Part shown: piece after piece, positions 39,052-49,153 of the stretch
Layout of the letters: each line of letters begins with the position of its first letter
Numbering within the stretch: the first letter of the stretch is position 1
Virus record (IMG/VR): IMGVR_UViG_3300023174_003073
Coordinates: 32,001-96,000 of that record
Strand: one strand, 5' to 3'
Source: a virus
DNA length: 64,000 nucleotides
The notes under the pieces: generated by a model
Database searches by the model: none
What the model was told of the DNA's origin: nothing
The model's input: only the letters and a program-made list of their open reading frames with translations
Program-made: the position numbers and the translations under genes

Positions 39052-39220
39052 CTTTCTTGACCTTTTTATCTTTGCTATGGTCTTTCTTTTTAGCCAATTT
39101 CATTTTACTGTCTTTTTTAGCAGGCGCTTGTGTAGTAGTACCTGATGGAGTAGTTGATTGTTCTGCGGCAAATGCTGTTAATGCAAATGCGGTTATGATG
39201 ATTGCGATGAGTTGTTTCAT
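39017..39220 (-). CDS. Exported Lys-rich small protein
   Basis: Signal peptide ending AFA; highly basic mature part. Confidence 0.7.
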   Translation of the reverse strand: MKQLIAIIITAFALTAFAAEQSTTPSGTTTQAPAKKDSKMKLAKKKDHSKDKKVKKDATKSPSKKSK

Positions 39221-39279
39221 TTTAGTTTCCTTTGTTAAATGATTTATATATAACGCCTTAGGCATTAATTCCGTTGACA

Positions 39280-39456
39280 TTAGCCCCCACGACCTGCACG
39301 TCTTACTACACTAGCACCACCAAAACCTTTTGTATTAGCTTTGGGTCCTTGTTTCTTTGGTGCTTTTCCTAGTCCAGGATGAAGTTCGTTATTATTCTTT
39401 TTGGCTTCGTTAGCCATATTAATAAATGGGTTCTTGCTTTTCTTTTCTTCTGTCAT
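39280..39456 (-). CDS. Small basic protein (58 aa)
   Basis: MTEEKKSKNPF...VRRAGRGG. Confidence 0.55.
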   Translation of the reverse strand: MTEEKKSKNPFINMANEAKKNNNELHPGLGKAPKKQGPKANTKGFGGASVVRRAGRGG

Positions 39457-39851
39457 TTTCTTACCTTTATGGATTTTAAGTAACTGTCCAAGTTCCCATA
39501 TAAGCTAACCATCATAGCAATTTTGCTATCATATAATCTTATATACGGTTTACTTTTCTTGCCTTCAACTTTATTTACACCTAGAAAGTAGGGGCAACGC
39601 ATTTTCTTCCCCAGGTCAATCATATAACCATGATATGTATCTTCAGTTTTGGGTGTGAACTCATACTGATAAAATTCTATTTGTGCTATACGAAAAGCAG
39701 TATCACCTACTGGATTTAATCTTAGTACATCACTACTAGTACTAGTAAACCACCAAGTTTTCATAGCATCTTCTTTTGATATCTCAAATCCTGTTGGCAA
39801 TTGATTTACAACTGCTTCGGTGACTATTTCTTTATATGAGGGTTTAGTCAT
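39453..39851 (-). CDS. Hypothetical protein
   Basis: ORF track. Confidence 0.65.
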   Translation of the reverse strand: MTKPSYKEIVTEAVVNQLPTGFEISKEDAMKTWWFTSTSSDVLRLNPVGDTAFRIAQIEFYQYEFTPKTEDTYHGYMIDLGKKMRCPYFLGVNKVEGKKSKPYIRLYDSKIAMMVSLYGNLDSYLKSIKVRK

Positions 39852-40137
39852 CAGGATAAACTTTAGTACCGTTGTTCATAAACACGACACTGAATTTATC
39901 CGATTTAAATTGTGCGTTTAGTTTACGACACAGGTTTCTTGCATGACCAGGATTACTGAAACTGGTCTTTTTATATTTAGGAACACTTTCATTATCGTAG
40001 GCATGTTGTGCTTTTAGATTGATTGGTTGCCCGTCATAAAACACTGCCCATATACCAGCGGCTTCCACAATTTGGTCGCATTTATAAGTCGTTTTATCTA
40101 CGATTTCTAGTATAACTTTGGGTTGTGTTCTGCTCAT
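39844..40137 (-). CDS. Hypothetical phage protein
   Basis: PKYKKTSFSNPGHA.NL motif. Confidence 0.7.
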   Translation of the reverse strand: MSRTQPKVILEIVDKTTYKCDQIVEAAGIWAVFYDGQPINLKAQHAYDNESVPKYKKTSFSNPGHARNLCRKLNAQFKSDKFSVVFMNNGTKVYPDD

Positions 40138-40326
40138 TAATTTACCATTTACCGCCCTGCATAACTACCTTAATAGTTTCGGGTTCTTTGTTATACTCAC
40201 GATTATCCAATAGAATTTTCATAATTTCATCACGCAATTCCTTGGCATCATTCAGTGTAAGTATAACTTCCCGTGCCTGACGTCCTTCTATGACCGTTAT
40301 TTTATCAATAAATTTTTTAATTTGGT

Positions 40327-40788
40327 TCATAGTGTATTTATGCTACTATTTGCTTCGGCTTCTGTAGCAAACGGTCCTAGATAGTCATATCGCTGAACAA
40401 ATATGTATTTAGGGCAGAAAGTAGTGATATATTCAGCACCTGTCTTGATAGCAAACCATCCTGCAACAAAATAACACTTGCTCTTAGGGGCAGTGGTATA
40501 TAGGTGTAATTTACGCTTAACATCTAGTACACTGTTGTAGATTTTAGGTCTACTAGTTGGGAAAACTGCAAAGGGCGGGTTAGTGTCCTTGGGTTTGACC
40601 TTTGCGAGTTTCTCAAATTCTATATGCTTAAGTTTTTCAATAGCCTTGGTGCTATCATAGAGTTCAGTTTTGTTGTTGAGTTTAACTTTATATTCGCTAC
40701 CCTCTTGAATAACATTACCTACTTTTTTGTCACCATCAGTGACTACCCAATATTCACCTTTGATAATTGGTTTAGCTATTAGATTCAT
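40327..40788 (-). CDS. Hypothetical protein
   Basis: ORF track. Confidence 0.7.
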   Translation of the reverse strand: MNLIAKPIIKGEYWVVTDGDKKVGNVIQEGSEYKVKLNNKTELYDSTKAIEKLKHIEFEKLAKVKPKDTNPPFAVFPTSRPKIYNSVLDVKRKLHLYTTAPKSKCYFVAGWFAIKTGAEYITTFCPKYIFVQRYDYLGPFATEAEANSSINTL

Positions 40789-41254
40789 TTTTAGTATCCT
40801 TGGTTAATTCTGCTACAAACAAAAAATGTTCATAGGCTTTTCTAACTGATGGTACAGTTAATAATTTTTCTGCTTCTATTTGCATTGCCTTAACTGCTTC
40901 CTCACATGCTTCTCTAGCACTGGGCCATTGAAGTGCATGGGTTTCTTTACCGAATGCTTTACTCAATGCTTTCCAACAACGTATTTGTTCTGCTGTTAAT
41001 TTTATTTCTTTATTAGCAGGCCGCATATCAGTGGCTTTTCTAATTACCTCACTAATTGCATCTTCTGCTACACGTCCTGCCGCAATCATTGGGGCATATG
41101 CAGGGTTTACATTGTATCGTGTGCTTTGTCCACCTGGATAAACCTGTATTAGATGAGAACCCTTAGGTAAACTATTGGTAAATTTTTGGTCGTACTCGTA
41201 CACGGGTACGTATCTACGACCTACTTTCTTATAGAAAATTTCCTTTTCGCTCAT
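40772..41254 (-). CDS. Hypothetical protein
   Basis: ORF track. Confidence 0.7.
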   Translation of the reverse strand: MSEKEIFYKKVGRRYVPVYEYDQKFTNSLPKGSHLIQVYPGGQSTRYNVNPAYAPMIAAGRVAEDAISEVIRKATDMRPANKEIKLTAEQIRCWKALSKAFGKETHALQWPSAREACEEAVKAMQIEAEKLLTVPSVRKAYEHFLFVAELTKDTKNESNS

Positions 41255-41446
41255 TGTAATCTAAATTTTTTCAAGTAATCTTTTGCAAAGTCCACATTCT
41301 CTGCATCATACACGGGTTTCTCTGGTTCGTCAAGTAAAATATCTAACCCATATTTTTCTTGATACAGTTCAACAAGACCGTCAATCAACATACCCAATGT
41401 TTGTTCATCAAGTTCATCAATGCCGGCTAAATTAATTCTAATTTTC

Positions 41447-42448
41447 TTATCCATTGAGTACTCCTGTATAGGGATTGTTAAGCCAACGTGCGTAGGTGTC
41501 CGCTTGCTCTGAAATTTTTGTAAGCTCATACTTGCCACAGAATTTCATAAAGTGAATACCAACTTGCGGTATGGTAGTTGTACGAACACCATTACGAATA
41601 GATTCATCAACTAATTGTTTAATCTCATCAGGCTGTGCTGTTAAGTCAATTAACATTCTATTACGCTGATAACAATCACGTACAACCTGTTCTTCATTAT
41701 TATGGTCGGTCCAACGTTGCAACATGAAATTATTCCATTTAAAGCCCTGCTTGTCCCGATCCTCGTATGCCTCACGAATACCTACACGATTAGCAGAACC
41801 TTTCTCAGGGGCACGGGGATAGGCAGTGAACACATTGTCTCCTGCGTCACCCCGAATAATCTTCTTAAAAAGCAAGTACTGTGGATCCTCTAACAGTTTG
41901 GGCTGTTTAGTTTTCTTATCTAATATCGGCTTACCTGTGTCTTTAAGATATCCGTTGAGTGTGATAAGTTCATTTGCGACTCCATTGTACTGGAACACTT
42001 TATCAGTAATAAGCTGAACATAATCGGAATCAGTGCTAATAATATAATGCGTGTCATTTGGATGTAAGTGAATGAAACGGGCAATCAAGTCATCAGCCTC
42101 AGCCCGTTCGTGCCTGAGTACGCTAACGTTTGTTTTCTCTCTAATGTATGTGGTAAACTTTTCATAAGTATCCCAAAACATTTCTGATTCGGCTTTTTCT
42201 TCTTCTGTGACTGACATTGCATCAACCACACGATTCTTCTTATAAGGACCATACACGTCCTTACGCCAAGAGCGGCCCTCTAAGCAAAACACTACATGGT
42301 CAATTCCATAGCGTCTTACTGCTTGATTGACACTAGCAAGTGTCAAGTGAAGGGCCATGCCGATTTTTTCTTCTAGTGTAGTGTTGCGACTAGCCACATG
42401 CCTAGCACGAAAAAATGTATTTGCAGTATCGATGAGTGCGTATTTCAT
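41447..42448 (-). CDS. rnh: 5'-3' exonuclease / T4 RNase H-like (FEN family)
   Basis: LIDTAN, EADD, STDSD, RGDAGDNV, RN..LIDL. Confidence 0.88.
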   Translation of the reverse strand: MKYALIDTANTFFRARHVASRNTTLEEKIGMALHLTLASVNQAVRRYGIDHVVFCLEGRSWRKDVYGPYKKNRVVDAMSVTEEEKAESEMFWDTYEKFTTYIREKTNVSVLRHERAEADDLIARFIHLHPNDTHYIISTDSDYVQLITDKVFQYNGVANELITLNGYLKDTGKPILDKKTKQPKLLEDPQYLLFKKIIRGDAGDNVFTAYPRAPEKGSANRVGIREAYEDRDKQGFKWNNFMLQRWTDHNNEEQVVRDCYQRNRMLIDLTAQPDEIKQLVDESIRNGVRTTTIPQVGIHFMKFCGKYELTKISEQADTYARWLNNPYTGVLNG

Positions 42449-42511
42449 AGAATCCAGTGTGTAAGTTGAGTAACATGTGTTATTATACACATGTTACTCT
42501 TTTCTGTCAAG

Positions 42512-42934
42512 TTAAACGTCTTCCAAATACTTATCAGGGAAATTTAATATTCCTTCCATTACCGATTTAACATTGTATCGTGTAATGGGTAAGAACTTTT
42601 GTTTTAACCTTTTCATTTGAAGTGGGTGACTTTTAATTCTATCCTCTATGATATTTTTCACATATTCAAAATCTACATGTGTATATTTTGGATCAACATA
42701 CTCACTTGGTTTATGACTTCTGTTTGGGTTTTCTAAGAATTCAAATAATTGACGATTAAGATGATTCTCGCAATTTTTTGTATGCTCATCGTATCCTTCC
42801 ACTGAACGGTAGTAACAATGAATCATTGCCTCATTATTACCTTTAGTGTAGGATGTAATACGTGATGTAAGATTATTAGATATACCTGGTTTAACCTTAC
42901 CGTAAACTTCAGCAACATAAAGACCTAAACTCAT
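42512..42934 (-). CDS. Putative GIY-YIG/T5orf172-like nuclease
   Basis: LYV....KVKPGISNN...R...Y..GN pattern. Confidence 0.4.
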   Translation of the reverse strand: MSLGLYVAEVYGKVKPGISNNLTSRITSYTKGNNEAMIHCYYRSVEGYDEHTKNCENHLNRQLFEFLENPNRSHKPSEYVDPKYTHVDFEYVKNIIEDRIKSHPLQMKRLKQKFLPITRYNVKSVMEGILNFPDKYLEDV

Positions 42935-44127
42935 TTGAACAGCTCCTTTTTAGCAGGATCTAAATGATTGAACATTTGAGTTTTATTTTCACTATAGCGT
43001 GTAAGTAAATTATTTGGTACATATTGATATGTTCCACCTGCTTTTTTGTACAGTTGCATTAACAATACCAATGATGCATCTTTAGGAATACCTTCTGATG
43101 CCTCTCCTTTAACTTTTTTGTAGTATTTAGGATACACATGTTGGGTAAGATTCTTGAACTCGGGCCAACCACCGGCAACCTCTTTAACTAGTGCATTCAA
43201 ATCACGCATAAACTCTTTGAACTCAGGTGAGCTAAAATCGGCACCTTCTTTAAGAAGTCTCTTACGTAAGTCTTGAAACGGAAGCATTTCAATAGAATCA
43301 AGTGGTTCTTGAGGCCAGTAAGTCTGATGATTCTCACCAAAGAATTTAATATCTTCTACATCTAACTTATTAATTAAGTTAGCGTGAACAATCGAACCAG
43401 GCTTGAATCTATCTACACTTTCTGGATGAACAGGAGTCAAATCAAAAGACTTAAAAGCATCATGCTTTCTATGTGCCATTACGTACTTCTCTTGCTTGCT
43501 ACCATCTAACAGACTACCAAATACATGAATCTTGTATTTGTCAAAAGGAAGAATAGGAAGTTTATCTTCACCGTTAATACCCAAAAAATGTTCACGTGCA
43601 AAACTGAAATCATTAGTTTCAACAACTTGACAGTTGACTAATACGTTTTGCCAATCACTTGCATCAACATCATCAAACAATCCTAACATGGCACGAACAG
43701 CAATAGCTAATACAGTATGTTGACCGTCAGTGATATAATAAGTATTTGTTCCGGGCAAACGAATCACATTAATTGTTGCAGGGCGGCGAGAATCCCATGT
43801 AGTTACAATTCTAAACAAGTGTTCCCAATCAATTTTTCTCTGCACAGCAAGGGCAGTGAAAAGGTATATAATAGGAATTTGTTCAAGTGTGGGCATTTGT
43901 TTATATTTCTGAGGCTTGCCCTTGCACCCTTTTTGATACTCCTCTGTTTTTAAGAAATCCTTGAGTTCTTTGAAAAACTCACTTTTCTTAAAAGTAGTTA
44001 CTAGATTAGTAATACTGTTTTGCTCAATATAACCTGGTTTCTGATCCAATTCATTTTTTGGAAGATCCTGTTTGGTTACTTTTTTTGAGTTAGGTACCCA
44101 TGTAAATTTAAAACTAGACTTTGACAT
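42931..44127 (-). CDS. ParB/Srx-like domain protein
   Basis: VQR...YYITDGQHT. Confidence 0.6.
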   Translation of the reverse strand: MSKSSFKFTWVPNSKKVTKQDLPKNELDQKPGYIEQNSITNLVTTFKKSEFFKELKDFLKTEEYQKGCKGKPQKYKQMPTLEQIPIIYLFTALAVQRKIDWEHLFRIVTTWDSRRPATINVIRLPGTNTYYITDGQHTVLAIAVRAMLGLFDDVDASDWQNVLVNCQVVETNDFSFAREHFLGINGEDKLPILPFDKYKIHVFGSLLDGSKQEKYVMAHRKHDAFKSFDLTPVHPESVDRFKPGSIVHANLINKLDVEDIKFFGENHQTYWPQEPLDSIEMLPFQDLRKRLLKEGADFSSPEFKEFMRDLNALVKEVAGGWPEFKNLTQHVYPKYYKKVKGEASEGIPKDASLVLLMQLYKKAGGTYQYVPNNLLTRYSENKTQMFNHLDPAKKELFK

Positions 44128-44208
44128 TTTTTTCTCCTTTAAGTTAATGTCTGTGCAACGAATATTATTCAGCGCACAAGTGAATTATACTATAAGAATT
44201 GTTAAATG

Positions 44209-44631
44209 TCAACTAACTTCTGTACGCCCGTTACCCAAATCACGTGTTTTTATTTCCCGCAAGTCTCTATTTGTAGGATCTGCTTGTGCTTGTTCATACA
44301 CTTCCAAAGCAATATTGCGACAAACTGTCTGAAACCACCTATCGATTATCATATTGTCTGTATCATCGTCACGCATTTTATAACCTGCACGAATCAAATT
44401 GAGAATGAATTTGTCATTCCAATCTAATTCAAATGCACCTGCGTTAATGTTGTCAGGATCAATCTCCATGCTGAGAATGTTAACATAGGGCTCGCCTGCC
44501 TGAGTTGCTTTTTCTTTAGCAGATAATTCTATTGAAGGTTTTTCTACTTTAGGCTTGCGAGGTTTCTTTTCCTTAACGGGTTCTGCAACCTTTTCTACTG
44601 GCTTCTTTTTAAATCTGTCAAATAATCCCAT
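44209..44631 (-). CDS. Hypothetical phage protein
   Basis: GAFELDWND.F...L...GY...IIDRWF..VC. Confidence 0.7.
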   Translation of the reverse strand: MGLFDRFKKKPVEKVAEPVKEKKPRKPKVEKPSIELSAKEKATQAGEPYVNILSMEIDPDNINAGAFELDWNDKFILNLIRAGYKMRDDDTDNMIIDRWFQTVCRNIALEVYEQAQADPTNRDLREIKTRDLGNGRTEVS

Positions 44632-45637
44632 TTTGTTTTGCTCTTTCGTATAATTTAAAGCTGGCAAGATTCTTTGCCTTTGACTCGCACATTATATCAA
44701 AGTTATTACAGAATGTCAATGCCCAGTCGTTGACTGCCTCGTTCCAATAGTATTCACTATGGGCACGTAGTTTTTGTTTGTTATGTCCGGCAGCTATCAA
44801 CGCACCATGATCGGGTGCGATGTGTCTGTCATGGTCGATAAGTATATCTTCCCGAGATACGGAATAGTGCATAGTAGGACGCACGCCATTCCAACTATCA
44901 ATAACCTTTTTAACCATGTCGTTATCGTGTTCAATATATTCTCCAGTTTTAATCCAATGATGATGAATGTCCATAACAATTGGCAATAAGTCAGCCAATT
45001 CTAAACAGTCATCTAAACCCCAACTAATTTCTTCGTTTTCGATAGTAATACAATTACGTGCTTCTGGCGAGAGTTTGGTATAGGCTTTACGAATACCTTC
45101 AGGACCTTGTCGTCCACTGATATGTACATTGATTTTGAAATCTTGAAATGTTTTGCCATAGCCCATAAATCTTGCCATATCTGCATGATACTCAAACTCC
45201 CTAATACTGTTAGCTACTACTTCTTCCCTGTCACTTGCTAGAACAACGAATTGGTCTGGGTGAAAACTAAGACGAACATTATTCTGTCGTGCAGTCTCAC
45301 CTAAAGGCGCAAACTGTTCGCTTAGAAATTTCTGATTGTCATACGAATGCCAGAAGTCAAGAAATTCGGGGTGAGTATAAAAACTAAGCATATCGCTAGT
45401 TAGTCGTAACATACGCAAACTTGGGTCAAGTGTGCTAACTCGTTTGATGAGATTATGGGTATTAGTGATATTGCGTTTAGCAACCTCTAATATCTTATCT
45501 TCTGCAACACTCCGAGTTTGGCGCTTTGCCCATGCAAGTGTAGTACCACCTGTATTTAGCCCTTCGACACTTGCAATCTCACCCTTCTTGTTAATCTCGG
45601 CAAATTTGCAAGCAAAACCAATGCGTTTAATAGTCAT
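44618..45637 (-). CDS. uvsE: UV damage endonuclease UvsE/UVDE
   Basis: RIGFAC, RLSFHPDQF, TIENEE, DIHHH, HYS, RAHS, ESKAK. Confidence 0.92.
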   Translation of the reverse strand: MTIKRIGFACKFAEINKKGEIASVEGLNTGGTTLAWAKRQTRSVAEDKILEVAKRNITNTHNLIKRVSTLDPSLRMLRLTSDMLSFYTHPEFLDFWHSYDNQKFLSEQFAPLGETARQNNVRLSFHPDQFVVLASDREEVVANSIREFEYHADMARFMGYGKTFQDFKINVHISGRQGPEGIRKAYTKLSPEARNCITIENEEISWGLDDCLELADLLPIVMDIHHHWIKTGEYIEHDNDMVKKVIDSWNGVRPTMHYSVSREDILIDHDRHIAPDHGALIAAGHNKQKLRAHSEYYWNEAVNDWALTFCNNFDIMCESKAKNLASFKLYERAKQNGII

Positions 45638-45675
45638 ATATATTGTGTAAAGTGTATAAAGTCTTAAGTATATCA

Positions 45676-46509
45676 CTACACATATTTAGTGTCAACCGTC
45701 AATAATTCCTCTATTGTATAGAGTTTTTTCATGTATTTTGAAGGATTTGCTAAAACTGATACTTCTATATCACCTTTACGCCTAGGACCGTATAAAGTGA
45801 AGAATTTCACTTTATTTACGGTTTCAAAGATATGGGTCATTTCTTTGACACTATACCCGATACCATGACCCAAATTCTCTAAGTTGTTACTGGGTTCTTT
45901 AATAGCCAATTTAATTGCATGACAAATCTCATTCACGTGAACATAGTCACGAATACAAGTTCCGTCTAATGTGTTATAATCTGTACCAAAAATAGTGAAG
46001 TCACCTTTAACATGGGCTTGCATTAGATTATACATCAATCCATCAGGGTTGGTTGGGTTGAATCCATCACTACCGATAACGTTGTAGAATCTAAAGGTTG
46101 TAAATGGAACTTTGTTAACTTCACAAAATTCACGCACACAATCTTCTGTTGCCCGTTTACTGACACCGTAAGCACTTTCACACTTTTCGGCTGCACCTGT
46201 GCTAGCAAAGATAAAGTTCTTTGTCTTAATATTTTGTAGAATATTCAATGTACCAAACAGATTGGTCATGTAATAGTCTGTGGGTTCACGCTCACTTTCG
46301 CCTACATTAACTAATGCGGCTAAGTGAATGATGGCATCAAACTCTTCCTTGATTTTAAGTTGGCTTTTTATATCAAGTTTATATTGTTTCTTTACAATAA
46401 ATTGCGGGTCTACAATATCTAGCCCATAGACTTCGTATTCATCATTAAGCAATTTACTAAGATGACTACCAATATAGCCCGAGTTACCTGTGATTAAAAC
46501 TTTTTTCAT
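45676..46509 (-). CDS. NAD-dependent sugar epimerase/dehydratase (GalE-like)
   Basis: GNSGYIGSH, HLAA, YGVSK, RFYNV, RDYVHV. Confidence 0.9.
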   Translation of the reverse strand: MKKVLITGNSGYIGSHLSKLLNDEYEVYGLDIVDPQFIVKKQYKLDIKSQLKIKEEFDAIIHLAALVNVGESEREPTDYYMTNLFGTLNILQNIKTKNFIFASTGAAEKCESAYGVSKRATEDCVREFCEVNKVPFTTFRFYNVIGSDGFNPTNPDGLMYNLMQAHVKGDFTIFGTDYNTLDGTCIRDYVHVNEICHAIKLAIKEPSNNLENLGHGIGYSVKEMTHIFETVNKVKFFTLYGPRRKGDIEVSVLANPSKYMKKLYTIEELLTVDTKYV

Positions 46510-47882
46510 TCAAAACTAAACAGATTTGCACCTGTTTCTTCCTCTGTTGGTTCGTAACTAGGATCCTTAGTTAAGTAAGTTTCCGTGTCTGTGTAGATTG
46601 TACGATATTTGTGTTTATTAGTCAATACACTACGTGCATCATCAATACAAATTGCTGGTTTTCTATTCAAGCCTTCTATATATTTGCTGTATTTAATTGT
46701 TGTATTCTCTAATATTTTAGCTGTGTTACTGTTAGATTGTTTTGGTTTGAATTCATTGAAACAACTATTCCATTTATGAAACACTCCTTCTTCTAAGTTT
46801 CTTACATCTTGTAATGCACTTTTGTCATACCAAGATTTAGCAGTTGGATATGCATGATACGCATCCTTAACATCTTCTGCCATTTCTTTTTTATTAGTTA
46901 CAAAGAAAAACTTACCTTTAAAGTTATTAGTCCAACGTTGATTTTCTAAACAGAATGTAGGTAATTGTGTAATCTGTTCATAGAATGCCATACCATAGCT
47001 CTCAACTGTACTTGGATTAAATGCAACTCTAGCACTAGTTATAAAGTCAACTTTCTCTTGACCAATAATACCTACACGAATTTCATAGGGAACACCGATA
47101 GTTTTTAATCGTTCTTCAAACTTCTTAGCGCCGTTTGTACTAGTCATTACCTTAGCAGGCAGTTTAGTTTGTTCAATTAGTTCTAAGAATAATTCAGGAT
47201 TCTTACCTTCTTCCCAACGCCCAACAAACAATATACCTTCACGTGGTTTATGATGTTCTTCTAATAACGCCTGTTCTGTAATTGGAATAGGAAGATGATA
47301 CGCGGTACCATTGACATTCATTAGATTAAAAAGACTTTGTGTACCAACGAAAACATTGTCTGTTTCTAATTGTTGACGCATCAATACATTAGTATTGTGT
47401 AGAAATGGATTCTTTGTATCCTTAAAAAGTTGACTTTCTAAATGTGTGTACGCAATGATTTGGATACAGTCTTCTAAACCCATCGTGCTTGCTACTTGTA
47501 CCGTCTCGTATGTGTTACAAACGAATGCATCATATAAGTTATGTTCAAGTGCTTCAATAATGGCATTACGAAAGTTAGCCATACGCTCGTAACAAAACGT
47601 ATCACCATACATAAAGATATTACTATGTGTTGTGTATGATAGAGGATTATTAGGAGTAATGACTGTAGGTGGTTGAAACTTACCTAGACCTAGCTCGTTG
47701 ATAAAGTCTTGATTCTCTGGATTTAATTTTTTGTCAGTAATAATATCAACTTTGATATTATGTTGATCCATTAGTTCAATAAAACTCTTTGCAAATTGTC
47801 CTATGCCACCGTGGGGTATAAGTGTTTGATAACTAACTAAAAAGCCAATTCGTTTATCATATGTCCGCATTCCATACCTCAT
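46506..47882 (-). CDS. Glycosyltransferase family 4 (GT-B)
   Basis: HGGIG, FVGRWEEGKNP, ESYGMAFYE. Confidence 0.85.
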   Translation of the reverse strand: MRYGMRTYDKRIGFLVSYQTLIPHGGIGQFAKSFIELMDQHNIKVDIITDKKLNPENQDFINELGLGKFQPPTVITPNNPLSYTTHSNIFMYGDTFCYERMANFRNAIIEALEHNLYDAFVCNTYETVQVASTMGLEDCIQIIAYTHLESQLFKDTKNPFLHNTNVLMRQQLETDNVFVGTQSLFNLMNVNGTAYHLPIPITEQALLEEHHKPREGILFVGRWEEGKNPELFLELIEQTKLPAKVMTSTNGAKKFEERLKTIGVPYEIRVGIIGQEKVDFITSARVAFNPSTVESYGMAFYEQITQLPTFCLENQRWTNNFKGKFFFVTNKKEMAEDVKDAYHAYPTAKSWYDKSALQDVRNLEEGVFHKWNSCFNEFKPKQSNSNTAKILENTTIKYSKYIEGLNRKPAICIDDARSVLTNKHKYRTIYTDTETYLTKDPSYEPTEEETGANLFSFE

Positions 47883-48041
47883 CTATTTCGGGTACTGTAA
47901 CCCAATCTGTCATCTCAGTAGTCTTAAGAAAAGTACCATTACTATCTTTTCTACTATAGTCTATTATATCAAGTTTCTGTCTATATTGCAATACTTTTTC
48001 GGGCCCGTCCCACCCAGCTTGTATCAACCAACGTAGTTCAA

Positions 48042-48323
48042 TCATCTTTGTAGTTCCCAAATAATATGTTCATGTTTATCATGCCATCCATATTCAGTTG
48101 TAGTAACATTATCATAAAACCCATATATTGCTGTTCCCTTATATGCATTCTTTAACCAAATAATTTTTTTAGTAAGCATACAACGGTGTGGCAACCATGC
48201 AAAATCTTTTGTCCATGTTGCTGTTTTGTGAAACATCCAATCAGCTTCAGTTGATGATTTAGGTTTATATCCTAACTTCATTCTATAGTCATTGTAATTA
48301 TTACCGAACACTACGTACCCCAT
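48042..48323 (-). CDS. Hypothetical protein
   Basis: FAWLP.RC...K.IWL pattern. Confidence 0.55.
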   Translation of the reverse strand: MGYVVFGNNYNDYRMKLGYKPKSSTEADWMFHKTATWTKDFAWLPHRCMLTKKIIWLKNAYKGTAIYGFYDNVTTTEYGWHDKHEHIIWELQR

Positions 48324-49153
48324 TCGTTCTTAAAAAGAGGTACTTGAAGTCTGTCACTATAACGCCAACCTTTTTGCATTGCCAATTCTGCTACGTTTCT
48401 GTTGTTAAGATTATAAAGTTCAGGAACACCACCGCAAGGCATAAGATACACAGGACCTTTAAAGCCTTTCTTACGATATTCATTTACTGCTTGCTCCGCT
48501 TCTTCTGCATCTTCTTTTGTTGCTATTACAAATTTCAAGTAAGTATAACCTACATTGTAGTATTGTGTAATAACATCGGGCTTGATAGCATCTTCCCAAC
48601 TCTCACCGCTGATACTTAGTTTAGGACTTACGCTGAATGTAAGACAATGCAAGAAACGATGCTTCTTCCAATCAGCTAAGAAGTTAACTAACTCTGATTC
48701 TAACAATTGTGTACCATTAGTTTCAAAAGTCAGTTCTTGTAATCCACGCATATTATCATGTGATAACAATTCGGGATAACTACGTTGCCAACCTAGTAGC
48801 GGCTCACCACCCGTGATAACCAAATGCTCATCTTTCCAACGCTTCGCAGGAAGTAAATCGGTAATAGTATCAACAATAGTATTGGTGTCGAGAACAGGAC
48901 TAAGATGTTTGAAGCGTGGATCCCAACTCGCATAGCTATCGCATCCAGTAGATACAAGTGGTAATAGTTTATAAGATTTAAACTTCTCTCCGTCAACTGC
49001 AAAACGTTCAACACTTTTATCTCCTTTAGGCATTCCAAAGCCATCACATTTAAAATTACAACCGAATGTGCGTAAGAACACGGATGGCACACCTAAGTAA
49101 CGACCTTCGCCTTGAATACTATAAAATAATTCTGATATTTTTAATTTACTCAT
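48311..49153 (-). CDS. queE: 7-carboxy-7-deazaguanine synthase (radical SAM)
   Basis: ELFYSIQGEG, RTFGCNFKC...GCDS, ITGGEP, ETNGT, SPKL. Confidence 0.93.
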   Translation of the reverse strand: MSKLKISELFYSIQGEGRYLGVPSVFLRTFGCNFKCDGFGMPKGDKSVERFAVDGEKFKSYKLLPLVSTGCDSYASWDPRFKHLSPVLDTNTIVDTITDLLPAKRWKDEHLVITGGEPLLGWQRSYPELLSHDNMRGLQELTFETNGTQLLESELVNFLADWKKHRFLHCLTFSVSPKLSISGESWEDAIKPDVITQYYNVGYTYLKFVIATKEDAEEAEQAVNEYRKKGFKGPVYLMPCGGVPELYNLNNRNVAELAMQKGWRYSDRLQVPLFKNEWGT

